Shown piece after piece: positions 1 through 10,064 of a DNA stretch of 64,000 nt. A program made the translations under genes and the position numbers. Below the pieces are notes generated by a model, which saw nothing but the letters and a program-made list of their open reading frames with translations, was not told the origin of the DNA and ran no database searches. The stretch comes from Deferrisomatales bacterium (GTDB taxonomy: Bacteria; Desulfobacterota; Deferrisomatia; Deferrisomatales; JACRMM01). The first letter of the stretch is position 1. Each line of letters opens with the position of its first letter. The DNA is taken from positions 32,001-96,000 of the forward strand of contig JAWSUI010000004.1 in the NCBI GenBank assembly GCA_033551855.1. The letters run 5' to 3'.

Positions 1-82
1 CCCCGGCTTCTCCCCGCGGCGTGGTATGCTGCCGCCCGTTGCACAGGTTCGGGCGTTGTGTTGCGAGGTATCGGGTCCGCGC

Positions 83-496
83 ATGGCATCGCCGCCGCCG
101 CCCCTCCCGGGCTGGGACGAGTCTTGTACGGTCGGGGTCCCGGAGCTGGACGACCAGCACCGAAGGCTCTTCCGCGCCCTGGAGGGGTTGCGGGCGTCCC
201 TGCAGGGACGCGGGTCGGCCCTCGAGGGGCTGGAGGGGCTCCTTCGGGACTGCGCGGAGCACTTCGCCGACGAGGAGCAGCTCCTGGCGCGGGTGGGCTA
301 CCCCCGCGCGGTCCAGCAGCGGGTGCAGCACCGGGTGTTCCTGGGGAGGGTCCGCCGCCTGGCGGAAGGGGTGCGCGGGGGCACGGAGGCCGTGGGTGAG
401 GGAACCGTCGGGGGGCTGGCGGCCTGGTTCCGCGGGCACGTCTGCGGCCTCGACCGCGAGTACGGGGAGTGGCTGCGGGGCCGGGGTAGGGAGTAG
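83..496 (+). CDS. Bacteriohemerythrin family protein
   Basis: WDESCTVGVPELDDQH...HFADEE...QH...HVCGLD hemerythrin pattern; ATG at 83 within ORF 26..496. Confidence 0.85.
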   Translation: MASPPPPLPGWDESCTVGVPELDDQHRRLFRALEGLRASLQGRGSALEGLEGLLRDCAEHFADEEQLLARVGYPRAVQQRVQHRVFLGRVRRLAEGVRGGTEAVGEGTVGGLAAWFRGHVCGLDREYGEWLRGRGRE

Positions 497-499
497 GAG

Positions 500-886
500 A
501 TGGCGATTCGCGTGGTCCGCCTGGGAGGCCCCCGCCTGCCGGGGGAGGGGCTGCGGCTCGGGACGGTGCGGCGCCCCCCCCGGGGCGTGCCCAAGGCCGA
601 GTTTGCCTCGCGGGACTTCTACGACCTCTGGCTCCCGGAGCTCGCCCCGAGCGAGGGGCTCGTGAAGGCCGCCCGGGGGGTGGAGGACGAGGCCTCGTGG
701 CAGGCCTTCGTCCGCAGGTACCGCGCCGAGATGTCCGCCCCGGAGCGGAGCCGGCTGCTCGACCTCCTCGCCGCCCTGTCCCGCCGGACGGACTTCTCGG
801 TCGGCTGCTACTGCGCCGACGAGGCGCGCTGCCACCGCTCGGTGCTCCGGGTGCTCTTCGCGGAGCGGGGCGCGGCTCTCGTCTGA
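500..886 (+). CDS. DUF488 (YeaO-like) family protein
   Basis: RRPPRGVPK...DLWLPELAPS...FVRRYRAEM...CYCADEARCHRSVL; RBS AGGAG. Confidence 0.85.
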   Translation: MAIRVVRLGGPRLPGEGLRLGTVRRPPRGVPKAEFASRDFYDLWLPELAPSEGLVKAARGVEDEASWQAFVRRYRAEMSAPERSRLLDLLAALSRRTDFSVGCYCADEARCHRSVLRVLFAERGAALV

Positions 887-1116
887 CGTCTCGGCCGGGC
901 GGGGCTCTCTGTGCGAGGCGCGCCGCGGGCGGCTTCGAGGCGGCTCGCGGCTGCTGCCGCACCCGAATCGGATGCCGCCGTGCGCCTCCGGGACGACGTC
1001 GCCGTGCGCGGGCTGCCGCACCTGCGCTCTTGGAGTCGCGGTCGGGTGTTCCGGGGGCTTCCGGCCGCCCATGTGCCCGGCTGGAGGGAGTTTGCCACGG
1101 GAAGCCGTGCCCCATC

Positions 1117-1719
1117 ATGAACGACCGCTCCTCTCCTCCCCCCCTGACCCCGGAGCTCCTGGTGGCCGCCTACTGCCGGGGTTGGTTCCCCATGGCCGAC
1201 GACAGGGGGCGGATCCTGTGGTACGACCCGGACCCCCGAGGGGTCTTTCCCCTGGAGGCCTTCCACGTCCCGAAGCGACTCGTCCGGACGGTGCGCCAGG
1301 GCCGCTTCGAGGTGCGGGTGGACACAGCCTTTTGCCGGGTCATGGAGGGGTGCGCGGCGCCGGCGCCCGGCCGGGAGGGCACCTGGATCTCACCCGAGCT
1401 CGTGGACGTCTACACGGCGCTGCACGCGGCCGGGCTGGCACACAGCGTGGAGACCTGGGCGGACGGGGACTTGGTGGGAGGGGTGTACGGCGTGGCGATC
1501 CGGGGGTTCTTTGCCGGGGAGAGCATGTTCAGCCGGCGTACCGACGCGAGCAAGGTGGCCCTGGTGCACCTGGTGGGACGCTTGCGCCGCGGCGGTTTCG
1601 TGCTCTTCGACACCCAGTTCGTGACACCCCACCTGGCCCGCCTCGGGGCCGTGGAGATCCCCCGCCCCCGCTACCGGCGTCTCCTGGCGGAAGCCCTGCA
1701 GGTCGACGCGGCCTTCTGA
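1117..1719 (+). CDS. aat: Leucyl/phenylalanyl-tRNA--protein transferase
   Basis: AYCRGWFPM, DPRGV, TWI, AHSVETW, LVGGVYGV, FAGESMFS, DASKVAL, DTQF motifs. Confidence 0.95.
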   Translation: MNDRSSPPPLTPELLVAAYCRGWFPMADDRGRILWYDPDPRGVFPLEAFHVPKRLVRTVRQGRFEVRVDTAFCRVMEGCAAPAPGREGTWISPELVDVYTALHAAGLAHSVETWADGDLVGGVYGVAIRGFFAGESMFSRRTDASKVALVHLVGRLRRGGFVLFDTQFVTPHLARLGAVEIPRPRYRRLLAEALQVDAAF

Positions 1720-1865
1720 CCGCTCGCCGCTCCCGGAGGTGGGTGGCCGACTCCTCGGAGGAAGGGCGTGCCCACCGGCAGGGCGGCGGGTGTTCGGGTT
1801 GCCATGGCGGGGCGGCGAGGTACGCTGGGGGGCGTGGCCTTGCCTTGTCGCGCGGGAGGAGAGAG

Positions 1866-2273
1866 ATGAACTGGAAGGCGTACTTCGAAAGGAGCCAGGG
1901 TGCGGGCTTCTTGGCTACGGCCGGCCGTGGCGGGGAGGTGAACCTCGCGGTCTACTCCCGGCCGCGGGTGCTGACCGACGGCACCCTTGCCTTCGGCATG
2001 GCGGACCGCCTGACCTACGCCAACCTCCAGGAGAATCCCCTCGCCGTTTACGCCTTCCAGCAGAAGGGGTTTCGGGGGGTGCGCCTGTACCTGGAGAAGG
2101 TGAGGGAGGACGACCATGGCCCGGTCCTCGAGGAGATCCGCGCCCGCGCGGACGACATCGTGGGCCCCGGGACCGGCGACTCCGTCACGCACCTCGTCTG
2201 TTTCCGAGTGGTGAAGGCCCTGAACCTGGTGGGGGACGGGACCCCGGCGGAGGAGCCTCCGGCGGCGGTGTGA
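1866..2273 (+). CDS. Pyridoxamine 5'-phosphate oxidase-like FMN-binding protein
   Basis: GFLATA...VNLAVYSRP...FGMADRLTYANLQENP; GGAGGA RBS before ATG 1866. Confidence 0.8.
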   Translation: MNWKAYFERSQGAGFLATAGRGGEVNLAVYSRPRVLTDGTLAFGMADRLTYANLQENPLAVYAFQQKGFRGVRLYLEKVREDDHGPVLEEIRARADDIVGPGTGDSVTHLVCFRVVKALNLVGDGTPAEEPPAAV

Positions 2274-2295
2274 CGCCCTCGGGCAGGTGCGCCGA

Positions 2296-3831
2296 TCAGG
2301 ACTCGTAGGGGATCGCGAACCCGAAGGTGCTCCCCCGGTCGGGCCTGCTCGTGACCCACATCCGGCCCTTGTGCAGCTCCACGAGATTCTTCGCGATGGT
2401 CAGCCCCACCCCGGAGCCCCCCTCGCTCTTCTTGGTCGGGGGCGCCCCCTGCTGGAACTTGAGGAAGATCCGTTCCACGTTCTCCTGGCGGATTCCTTTG
2501 CCCTGATCGGTGACCTGCACCACGGCGAAGGGGCATCCTCCCTCCTCCGCGGGGCAGTCCTCCTGCGGGCGGCCGGGCCGACGGTGCGCGAGGCGGCTGC
2601 GCACCGTGATCTTGCCCTTCTGGCTGAACTTGATGGCGTTGTCGAGCAGGTTGAACACCACCCGGCGGATCAGGGTGGGGTCCAGCAGGATCAGGGGAAG
2701 GCTCAGGGGCTCGAACTGGAGCTCGAGCCCCTTCTCCTTGGCGCGGGGCTGGAGGGAAGCGACGGCGGAGCGGATCAGCTCGTTCAGGTCCGTGGGGACG
2801 GCGTCCAGCTCCACGGTGCCGTGCTCGATGTCCTTGAGGGAGAAGATGTTCTCGAGGATGAGCTGGAGGTGCTTGCCGTTGGCCTCGATCAGCTCCAGAT
2901 CGGTGCGCTGCTCGGGGGCCAGGCCCGCCTGGGCCTCCTTCAGGAGGAGGCCGGCGTACCCGATGATGGCGTTCAGGGGCGTCTTGAGCTCGTGGTTGAT
3001 GTTGTTGAGAAATTCGTCCTTGACCCGGTTGGCCTCCTCCAGGTGGGCGTTCTGGGCCCGGAGCTCTTCCAGGGCCGTCTGGAGGGCGCCGGTGCGTTCC
3101 TGCACCCGCTCCTGGAGCTCCTGGTTGTTCCGGGAGATCTCGCTCTTGGCCTGCTCCAGGCGTCTCGTGCGCACCCGGACCCGCTCCTCGAGCTTCCGGT
3201 TCGCGCTCCGCAGCTCCTGCAGGAGCTGCCCCTGGGAAAGCGCCACCGCCAGATACCCTGACAGGATCCGCCACACGGGCAGGCGGTGGGTGTCCAGACC
3301 CTGGGGCGCGGGGTGGCTGAGGCACACGACGCCCAGGGGCTTGTCCCGGCAAAGGAGGGGCAGGCAGGCCAGGCTGCCCACCGGGGTTCCCCCTTCACGG
3401 GGGACGAACCGCGCGTCCGCGGAGACGTCGTCGGCGCTCAGGTCCTCACCCTCCGCCAGGCAGGCGCCGGCGAGCCCTTCCCCCACGTGGAACAGGCGCT
3501 GGGGTGCTCCCTGCGGGCCGTAGTAGGTGGCCCTCGCCTCGGATCTTCCCTGACGGGCGAAGAGGACCAGCTCTTCCGCCGCCTCCGCGTACAACAGGAT
3601 CGAGACGTGCTGCGCGCGGGAGGCCCGGAAGAAAAGGGGCAGGGCGTGGTCGGCCAGATCTTCCAGGCGCTGGACGCGCTCGAAGAGCTCCCCGAGCTGG
3701 CGCACGATCCCCAGCTCCTCGATGCGCGACTCCAACTCCCGGGAGGAGCTGCGAAGGGCGCGGGCGTAAAGCTCCCGCTGCTGCTCCACCCGTTGGAGGG
3801 TCTCCACGCCGGCGGGATCGGTCAGGGGCAT
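2296..3831 (-). CDS. GAF-domain sensor histidine kinase
   Basis: GAF (GEGLAG...LPLLCRDKPLGVV), H-box NHELKTPL, N-box NLLDNAIKF, DQGKG, GSGVGL. Confidence 0.93.
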   Translation of the reverse strand: MPLTDPAGVETLQRVEQQRELYARALRSSSRELESRIEELGIVRQLGELFERVQRLEDLADHALPLFFRASRAQHVSILLYAEAAEELVLFARQGRSEARATYYGPQGAPQRLFHVGEGLAGACLAEGEDLSADDVSADARFVPREGGTPVGSLACLPLLCRDKPLGVVCLSHPAPQGLDTHRLPVWRILSGYLAVALSQGQLLQELRSANRKLEERVRVRTRRLEQAKSEISRNNQELQERVQERTGALQTALEELRAQNAHLEEANRVKDEFLNNINHELKTPLNAIIGYAGLLLKEAQAGLAPEQRTDLELIEANGKHLQLILENIFSLKDIEHGTVELDAVPTDLNELIRSAVASLQPRAKEKGLELQFEPLSLPLILLDPTLIRRVVFNLLDNAIKFSQKGKITVRSRLAHRRPGRPQEDCPAEEGGCPFAVVQVTDQGKGIRQENVERIFLKFQQGAPPTKKSEGGSGVGLTIAKNLVELHKGRMWVTSRPDRGSTFGFAIPYES

Positions 3832-3866
3832 CGAAGCTCCTGGATAGGGAGGGCAGGGGGGCGTCC

Positions 3867-4679
3867 TCAGGAGATGGCCCGGTAGAACTCTTCGGCCTCG
3901 AGCCGCGCCTCCTTGATCCTGCCCTTCAGAAGGTCCCCGAGGGGTGCGGTCACGATCTCGCCGATCGGGGGCTCTCGGCCCCGGGCGGCGGCATGGGAGG
4001 CCGCCACGACCTCGAGGGGTGCCTGGAGCTCGTCCCGCAGGGCCTCGCCGTCATGATGGTGGCGAACCAGGGCGCTCATCCAGGGGGGAAGGCTCCAAGA
4101 GGCCAACAACTCGCCTCCCGCCTCGGCGTGGTCCCTCCCGAAGCGCAGAAGCTCCCGGGCGCGCAGGTCCTCGCTGGAGGTGGACTCCTCCAGGTCCTTA
4201 CCGTACCCCGCGGCGTCCTCGGCCAGGAAGAGGATCTTGCCCACGTCGTGGAGCAGGCCCGCCAGGAACAGGGCGTCGGGGTCGAGGCGCAGCAGTCGCG
4301 GCGGCAACGTCTTGGCGAGGACGCGGCAGCCCATGCCGCAGAGGTAGGAGTGCACCCACACGTCTTCCACCGTGGCGGGGAGGCGCCTGCCGCGCCAGGC
4401 GCGAAGCAGGGAGGCCCCGAGGGCGACGGCCTGGACCGTGACCTCCCCCAGCAGCACAACGGAGCGCTGCAGGGTGCCGACATGCCCCACGAAGCCGTAG
4501 TAGGCGGAGTTGGCGAGCCGCAAGAGCCGTGCGGAGAGGCCGGGGTCCGCCTCCAGGACCGCCACGATGTCGTCGGCGGTGTACTCCTCGTCGGCGTACA
4601 GGGCCAGGAGCCGCGCGACCACGATCGGGAGGGTCGGGAGGGGTCCTTCCGGGGCCGCTCGGTCGGGGACGGCCGCCAT
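3867..4679 (-). CDS. HDOD domain protein
   Basis: LPTLP, DPGLSARLLRLANSAYYG, HS, GLLHDVGK, DHAEAG..L..WSLP, HHH. Confidence 0.93.
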   Translation of the reverse strand: MAAVPDRAAPEGPLPTLPIVVARLLALYADEEYTADDIVAVLEADPGLSARLLRLANSAYYGFVGHVGTLQRSVVLLGEVTVQAVALGASLLRAWRGRRLPATVEDVWVHSYLCGMGCRVLAKTLPPRLLRLDPDALFLAGLLHDVGKILFLAEDAAGYGKDLEESTSSEDLRARELLRFGRDHAEAGGELLASWSLPPWMSALVRHHHDGEALRDELQAPLEVVAASHAAARGREPPIGEIVTAPLGDLLKGRIKEARLEAEEFYRAIS

Positions 4680-5896
4680 CAGCTCATCTTTCCCGAAGCG
4701 TCGGCGCGGGGAAAGTGGATGCGGAACGTCGTTCCCGTGCCGACCGCGCTGTGCAGCTCCACCCGTCCCCCCACGTCATCCAGAATCTGCTTGACGATGT
4801 ACAGCCCCAGGCCCGTGCCCTGGCCCCGGGGCTTGGTGCTGAAGAACGGGGTGAAGAGGCGGTCCTGGTACTCGGGGTGGATGCCCGCCCCGTTGTCCGA
4901 GACTTCCACCCAGACGAGCCCGTTGCCGTTGTGCCCGGCGTCGAGCCGCACCGTTCCGAGGAACCCGTTGCCCTGGGAGAGCCTCCGCTCCTCGACGGCC
5001 TGGGCGGCGTTGCGCAGCAGGTTGAGGAACACGTGGTGCAGCTGGCCCTCGCTCGCCCAGACCGACGGCAGCCCGGCCGGGAGCTTCTGCAGCACCTGGA
5101 CGCCGCGGGTGCGGAACTCGTGCTCCGAGAGCAGGACGGCCTCGTCGAGGACCTTGGGGAGGTCCACGAAGCCCCGGGTCGCTTCCGAGGGGCGGGCGAA
5201 GCTTGCCAGGGCCTCGGCCAGGCGCTGGATCCTCTCCACGTTCCGGCCGACCATCTCCATGTGTTGTCGCTGGGGCCCGGTCTCGGGGGCCTCTCGAAGC
5301 AGGAGCTGGACCGCGAAGGAGATGCTGGAGAGGGGGTTGTTGAGCTCGTGGGCGATGCTGGCGGCCATCTCGCCGAGGCTCGCGAGCTTGTCCTTGTGGC
5401 GGATCTGCTCGTGGGAGAGCTTGAGCTGGCCGAGGCTCGACTCGAGCCTGTCCACCAGCTTGCGCGTGTGCTCCCGCAGGTAGCGGCGCTCCTCGGCCGC
5501 GGGTACCTTCTCTCGCCGGCCCTTCAGGTACTCCCTTATCCGCTGGGGGAACGAGTGGATGTCGATCGGCTTGGGGATGTAGCCGTCGCAGCCGGCGGCC
5601 AGGGTCCGTTTCCGGTCGCCCTTGAGGGCGTTGACCGTGACGGCGATGATCGGAATGGCCTCGAAGCCTGGGGTGGCTTTGAGCTTGGTCGCGGCCTCGT
5701 AGCCGTCCATGCCGGGCAGGTTGATGTCGAGGAGGATGAGCTCCAGGCGGTCCCGCTCCTCGATGGCCCGCTGGACCCCCTCGAACCCGTCCCTGGCGTG
5801 GAGGACCTCGAACCCCTCGTCGCGGAGGAGTCGCTCGACGAGGCGGTAGTTCGCGGGGTTGTCCTCGATGTAGAGGATCCTCCGAGTGGACTCCAT
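4679..5896 (-). CDS. Hybrid receiver-histidine kinase
   Basis: Receiver (YIEDN, LLDINLPGMDG, YIPKP) plus AHELNNPL, NLLRNA, DNGAG, FFSTK, GTGLGL. Confidence 0.93.
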   Translation of the reverse strand: MESTRRILYIEDNPANYRLVERLLRDEGFEVLHARDGFEGVQRAIEERDRLELILLDINLPGMDGYEAATKLKATPGFEAIPIIAVTVNALKGDRKRTLAAGCDGYIPKPIDIHSFPQRIREYLKGRREKVPAAEERRYLREHTRKLVDRLESSLGQLKLSHEQIRHKDKLASLGEMAASIAHELNNPLSSISFAVQLLLREAPETGPQRQHMEMVGRNVERIQRLAEALASFARPSEATRGFVDLPKVLDEAVLLSEHEFRTRGVQVLQKLPAGLPSVWASEGQLHHVFLNLLRNAAQAVEERRLSQGNGFLGTVRLDAGHNGNGLVWVEVSDNGAGIHPEYQDRLFTPFFSTKPRGQGTGLGLYIVKQILDDVGGRVELHSAVGTGTTFRIHFPRADASGKMS

Positions 5897-6115
5897 CCCT
5901 TCCCCTCTCCGCCTCCTAAGAACTCGGCGTGGGCGGCATTCTATGGAGGACCGGAAATGTTGTAAAGATCAAATGTTGCCGCGCAAATGTTTGGTAAAGC
6001 CAAAGCGGTGTCTCGATGGGTGCGACGATCGTGTTTTCGTTTGACTCTCCCGGGGGCGGATGCTTTCATAGCGCCTCTTTCGCAAGCCGGTACCGAGCAC
6101 AGCGTGGAGGAGGTC

Positions 6116-7207
6116 ATGGGCAACGTCTATCGCATCGCCGTCGTTCCCGGGGACGGCACCGGTCCTGAGGTCGTGGAGCAGGGGCTCAAGGTCCTGGACG
6201 CGGCGGCCGGGGTGTTCGGTTTCGACACCGAGCGCAAGGCCTTCCCCTTTGGAGGCGACCACTACTTGAGGACTGGAGAAACCCTCTCGGATGGAGACCT
6301 CGAGGAGTTGAGGGGCTACGATGCGATCCTCCTGGGCGCCATCGGTCACCCCGACGTCAAGCCCGGCATCCTGGAGCAAGGTATCCTGCTGCGCGCCCGC
6401 TTCGCCCTGGAACAGTATGTCAACTTGAGGCCGGTGAAGCTCTATGACGGGGTGGAGTCTCCCCTGCGCGACAAGGGACCGGCGGACATCGATTTCGTCG
6501 TGGTGCGGGAGAACAGCGAGGGGCTCTATGTGGGCTCGGGGGGGTTCCTGCGCAAGGGGACACCGGACGAGATCGCGATCCAGGAGTCGGTGAACACCCG
6601 CAAGGGCGTGGAGCGCTGCATCCGATACGCCTTTGACTACTGCAGGCAGCGGAACCGTCGGAAGAAGCTGACGCTGGTGGGCAAGACCAACGTCCTCACG
6701 TACGCCTTCGACCTCTGGGAGCGCACCTTCAACGAAGTGGGAGCGGAGTACCCGGACGTGGAGAGGGACTACGCCCACGTGGACGCGTGCTGCATGTGGA
6801 TGGTCAAGAACCCGGAGTGGTTCGACGTGATCGTCACCGACAACATGTTCGGCGACATCATCACGGACCTGGGCGCCATGGTGCAGGGGGGGATGGGCGT
6901 GGCCGCCGGCGGCAACATCAACCCCAACGGGGTGAGCATGTTCGAGCCCATTGGGGGCTCGGCCCCGAAGTACACGGGGCAGAACGTGATCAACCCCCTG
7001 GCCGCCATCGCGGCAACCGGCATGCTGCTGGAGCACGTCGGCGAGAAGGAGGCATCACGCCGCGTCGAGGATGCCGTGCAGTGGGTGACGTCCAAGAAAC
7101 TCCACAGCCTGGCGGCGGGGCGGATGGGGTACTCCACCAGCGAGGTTGGGGACCTGATCGTGAGCCACCTGCGCGGGGCGCAGGTGGCGCCGAATCTCGG
7201 GGCTTGA
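6116..7207 (+). CDS. leuB: 3-isopropylmalate dehydrogenase
   Basis: PGDGTGPEV, VNLRP, VRENSEG, DNMFGDIITD, MFEPIGGSAP; GGAGGAGG RBS. Confidence 0.9.
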   Translation: MGNVYRIAVVPGDGTGPEVVEQGLKVLDAAAGVFGFDTERKAFPFGGDHYLRTGETLSDGDLEELRGYDAILLGAIGHPDVKPGILEQGILLRARFALEQYVNLRPVKLYDGVESPLRDKGPADIDFVVVRENSEGLYVGSGGFLRKGTPDEIAIQESVNTRKGVERCIRYAFDYCRQRNRRKKLTLVGKTNVLTYAFDLWERTFNEVGAEYPDVERDYAHVDACCMWMVKNPEWFDVIVTDNMFGDIITDLGAMVQGGMGVAAGGNINPNGVSMFEPIGGSAPKYTGQNVINPLAAIAATGMLLEHVGEKEASRRVEDAVQWVTSKKLHSLAAGRMGYSTSEVGDLIVSHLRGAQVAPNLGA

Positions 7208-7259
7208 AAAGCGCAGTGATTCGTGAGGGTTCGAAGGGACCGTCCCCGAGAGCCCTCAC

Positions 7260-7289
7260 CTGAAAAACCCCGTGGATGGGGTTTTTCAG
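7260..7289. terminator. Bidirectional intrinsic terminator-like hairpin
   Basis: CTGAAAAACCCC-gtggat-GGGGTTTTTCAG perfect 12-bp inverted repeat between convergent genes. Confidence 0.75.
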
Positions 7290-7485
7290 TACTTGCTAAT
7301 GGCCCGTGACACTGGTCGACCCCGAGGAATGAAACGGTAGGGCGGGAGGTTCCCGCGAAGCGGGGCGCACTCGGCCCATCCATGGGTCTCGCCCTGCGGC
7401 GGTCCCGGCGTGCGGAGAGGGGCGGGTTCGTGGCGGTCCCATGACCCGCCTCGTATGCTCCTGCGAGGTGGGGGCCCCGGCCGCC

Positions 7486-8157
7486 CTACAGGCGAAGCCG
7501 GCTCTTCGACTTGGCCCGCTGGCGGGAGGAGGCGTAGACGTAGCCGAGCACCCATCCCAGCAGGAGCACGACCACGCCGGAGAAGAACCAGTAGAAGGTC
7601 TCCCGGGCCTTCAGGCTCCGGTTCTCCGTGCGCAGCAACTCCAGCTCCGCCAGGGCGTCCTCCTGGGCTCCCTGCAGCTCTGCCGCCCGTTCCCTCAGCG
7701 TCACCACGTCCTGATACGTCGCCTTCCAGTCGGCGAACTCCTTCTCCACTTCGCTGAGCCTGGCCTGGAGTCGGCTCGCTTCCGCGCCGCTCCGGTCCCG
7801 CTCCGTCCGGACCCCATCCAGGGCGCCCCTGTGCTGAGCGGCCTCGGTGCGCAGCGTCTCGAGCTCCCGCAAGGCCGCCTCGAGCCGGGGGCCCTTGGGC
7901 GGCTCGGAGGTGAGGTACCGGGCCACCAGCCACCCCTCCTCCCCCGCGGGCGTGCGCACCCGAGCCCAGCCTTCCTGCTCCTCGAGGCGCTCCAGGGGGG
8001 TCCCGCTCGGCAGCATCCGGATGATGCGGTGGGCCAGGGTCGGCCCGGAGCGCAAGTCCACTTCCAGTTGATCCGTCACGAAGAGCCTCGCCGAGGCTGA
8101 GGCTGCCAGGGCGACGACGAGCACGAGAACGAGCAGGGCGGTGCGGAGTGCGGGCAT
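7486..8157 (-). CDS. SH3 domain protein (TIGR04211/YgiM-like): signal peptide, SH3b, coiled coil, C-terminal TM
   Basis: FVTDQLEVDLRSGP...GWARVRT..GEEGWL..RYL; WFFSGVVVLLLGWVLG tail. Confidence 0.88.
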   Translation of the reverse strand: MPALRTALLVLVLVVALAASASARLFVTDQLEVDLRSGPTLAHRIIRMLPSGTPLERLEEQEGWARVRTPAGEEGWLVARYLTSEPPKGPRLEAALRELETLRTEAAQHRGALDGVRTERDRSGAEASRLQARLSEVEKEFADWKATYQDVVTLRERAAELQGAQEDALAELELLRTENRSLKARETFYWFFSGVVVLLLGWVLGYVYASSRQRAKSKSRLRL

Positions 8158-8212
8158 GGGGGGCTCCTGATGGGGGAGGTGCCTGGATACAACAGGAGCT
8201 TCCCCAGCGTCA

Positions 8213-8257
8213 AGGCGCAGGGCTGACAGTCGCAGGGCTGACAGGCGCAGGGCTAAC
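8213..8257. repeat. 15-bp tandem repeat x3
   Basis: aggcgcagggctgac / agtcgcagggctgac / aggcgcagggctaac. Confidence 0.8.
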
Positions 8258-8464
8258 CAGGATGCACCGGCTGACACGTGCCCGGGGCCGGGGAGCCCCT
8301 CCGCTCCGCCCCGCAATCCGCGGCCGTTCGAAGGGGAGACCCCCCAGCCCCCGGTACGCCGGGCTTCACCCGTTTGCGCCAGATTCGGCGGGTCGGTCGA
8401 GGCGGTACGAGGCTGCGCTCCAAGGCTCCCCGGCGCCGCCCGAAAATCTGGTGGTGGATCCTGG
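8257..8464 (+). repeat. Dispersed element family A, copy 1 (MITE/REPIN-like)
   Basis: TIR CCAGGATGCACC...GGTGGATCCTGG; internal arms gccggggagcc/ggctccccggc; related copies elsewhere in window. Confidence 0.8.
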
Positions 8465-8468
8465 CTGA

Positions 8469-8676
8469 CCTGGATCTGCCGGCTGGTCCGCAAGCGGAGT
8501 CCGGGAGCCCCTGCGTTTCACCCCGCAACCCGCGGCCATTCGAAGAGGTGTCGCAGCAGTCCGCGGTGCGTCGGGCTTCACCCGCTTGCGCCGGCCTCAT
8601 CGACTCGGTGGAGGCGGTGCGGGGCTGCACTCCTGGGCTCCCGGACTCCGCACCACAACGTGGTGGTGGATTCTGG
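8469..8676 (+). repeat. Dispersed element family A, copy 2 (tandem to copy 1)
   Basis: Shares gggagcccct, ccccgcaa, ttcgaag, gggcttcacccg, tggtggtggat with copy 1; 17-bp perfect arms. Confidence 0.78.
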
Positions 8677-8802
8677 TCAAGAGGCGCCCGGGGTGCCTGG
8701 ATCTGCTGCCGCGGCGGGGTCTTTCCGGGGCAACCCGATTCTGTTACCTTCTGGAGCCGACTGGGTGCCGCCGGACGCGGAGAGACGAGGAGAAGCAACG
8801 GG

Positions 8803-9558
8803 ATGGCAGGGCACAGCAAGTGGGCGAACATCAAGCACCGGAAGGGCCGCGAGGACGCGAAGCGGGGAAAGGCGTTCGCCAAGGTGGCCAAGCAGATCAT
8901 GGTGGCCGCCAAGCTCGGCGGCGGCGACCCGGAAGCGAACCCCCGGCTCCGGCTCGCGATCGACAAGGCCCGCGACGTGAACATGCCCAAAGACAACGTG
9001 GAGAGGGCGATCCGCAAGGGCACGGGCGAGGGCGGGGAGACCAACTACGAGGAGGCATCCTACGAGGGGTACGGACCCGGCGGGGCGGCGGTTCTCGTGG
9101 AGGTCCTGACCGACAACCGTAACCGCACCGTCGCCGAGGTGCGCCACGCCTTCAGCAAGAACAACGGGAACCTGGGGGAGAACGGCTGCGTCGCGTGGCT
9201 GTTCGAGGCGAGGGGGTACATCGCGGTGCCCCGGGAGGGGGTGGGCGAAGACCGGATCATGGAAGCCGCCTTGGAGCTGGGCGCGCTGGACGTGGCGGAC
9301 GGCGGGGACCTCTGGGAGGTCACCACCGAACCCGAGGACTTCCACGCGGTCAAGGAGGGGCTCCTGGCGGCTGGGCTCCGGGTCGAGTCCGCGGACCTCA
9401 CCCGCATCCCCAAGAACACGGTGCGGGTGGAAGGCAAGGAGGCCGAGCAGTTGCTCCGGCTGATGGAGATGCTCGAGGACAACGACGACGTGCAGCAGGT
9501 CTACGCCAACTTCGACATCGACGAGTCGGAGATGGAGCGGCTGGCCGAGGCGGGATGA
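8803..9558 (+). CDS. yebC: YebC/PmpR family protein
   Basis: [43 protein letters not shown]. Confidence 0.97.
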   Translation: MAGHSKWANIKHRKGREDAKRGKAFAKVAKQIMVAAKLGGGDPEANPRLRLAIDKARDVNMPKDNVERAIRKGTGEGGETNYEEASYEGYGPGGAAVLVEVLTDNRNRTVAEVRHAFSKNNGNLGENGCVAWLFEARGYIAVPREGVGEDRIMEAALELGALDVADGGDLWEVTTEPEDFHAVKEGLLAAGLRVESADLTRIPKNTVRVEGKEAEQLLRLMEMLEDNDDVQQVYANFDIDESEMERLAEAG

Positions 9559-10064
9559 TTCGGGTCCTGGGCATCGACCCCGGCTCGCGCACCACGGGAT
9601 ACGGGGTCGTGGAGATGCAGGGCAACCGCCTGGCCCACGTCGCCCACGGGGCGATCTCCGGGGGTAGGGAGGAGAGCCTGGGCCCGAGGCTCGCGGCCAT
9701 CTACCGTGGGCTGCGGGAGGTGCTGGAGGCGTACCGCCCCCAGGAGATGAGCGTGGAGGGCATCTTCCACGCCCGCAACGCCCAGTCGGCGCTGAAGCTG
9801 GGCCATGCCCGGGGAGTCGTTCTCCTGACGGCCGAGCTCGCGGAGGTCCCGGTGACCGAGTACACCCCCATGCAGGTCAAGTCCGCCGTGGTCGGCTACG
9901 GGAAGGCCGAGAAGCGCCAGGTCCAGGACATGGTCCGCCGGCTCCTCGGGCTCCCGGAGCCGGCGGGCCCCGACGCGTCGGACGCCCTGGCGGTGGCCAT
10001 CTGCCACCTCCAGACCCGGCGCACGGTGCAGGCCTACGCCGTTCGGCGGGCGGCGCTTCGGTGA
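9555..10064 (+). CDS. ruvC: Crossover junction endodeoxyribonuclease RuvC
   Basis: [28 protein letters not shown]. Confidence 0.97.
   Translation: MIRVLGIDPGSRTTGYGVVEMQGNRLAHVAHGAISGGREESLGPRLAAIYRGLREVLEAYRPQEMSVEGIFHARNAQSALKLGHARGVVLLTAELAEVPVTEYTPMQVKSAVVGYGKAEKRQVQDMVRRLLGLPEPAGPDASDALAVAICHLQTRRTVQAYAVRRAALR

Noticed and set aside
7300..7480. Possible small ORF or sRNA between leuB and the SH3 gene
   Set aside because: No recognisable motif or convincing coding signal
8257..8676. Repeats as a CRISPR array
   Set aside because: Units are ~200 bp, dispersed and degenerate, with no repeat-spacer periodicity and no cas genes
8278..8802. Long N-terminal extension of YebC (likewise for ORFs starting 15041, 39463, 47190, 30025)
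   Set aside because: Extensions run through GC-rich repeat elements; canonical starts lie downstream
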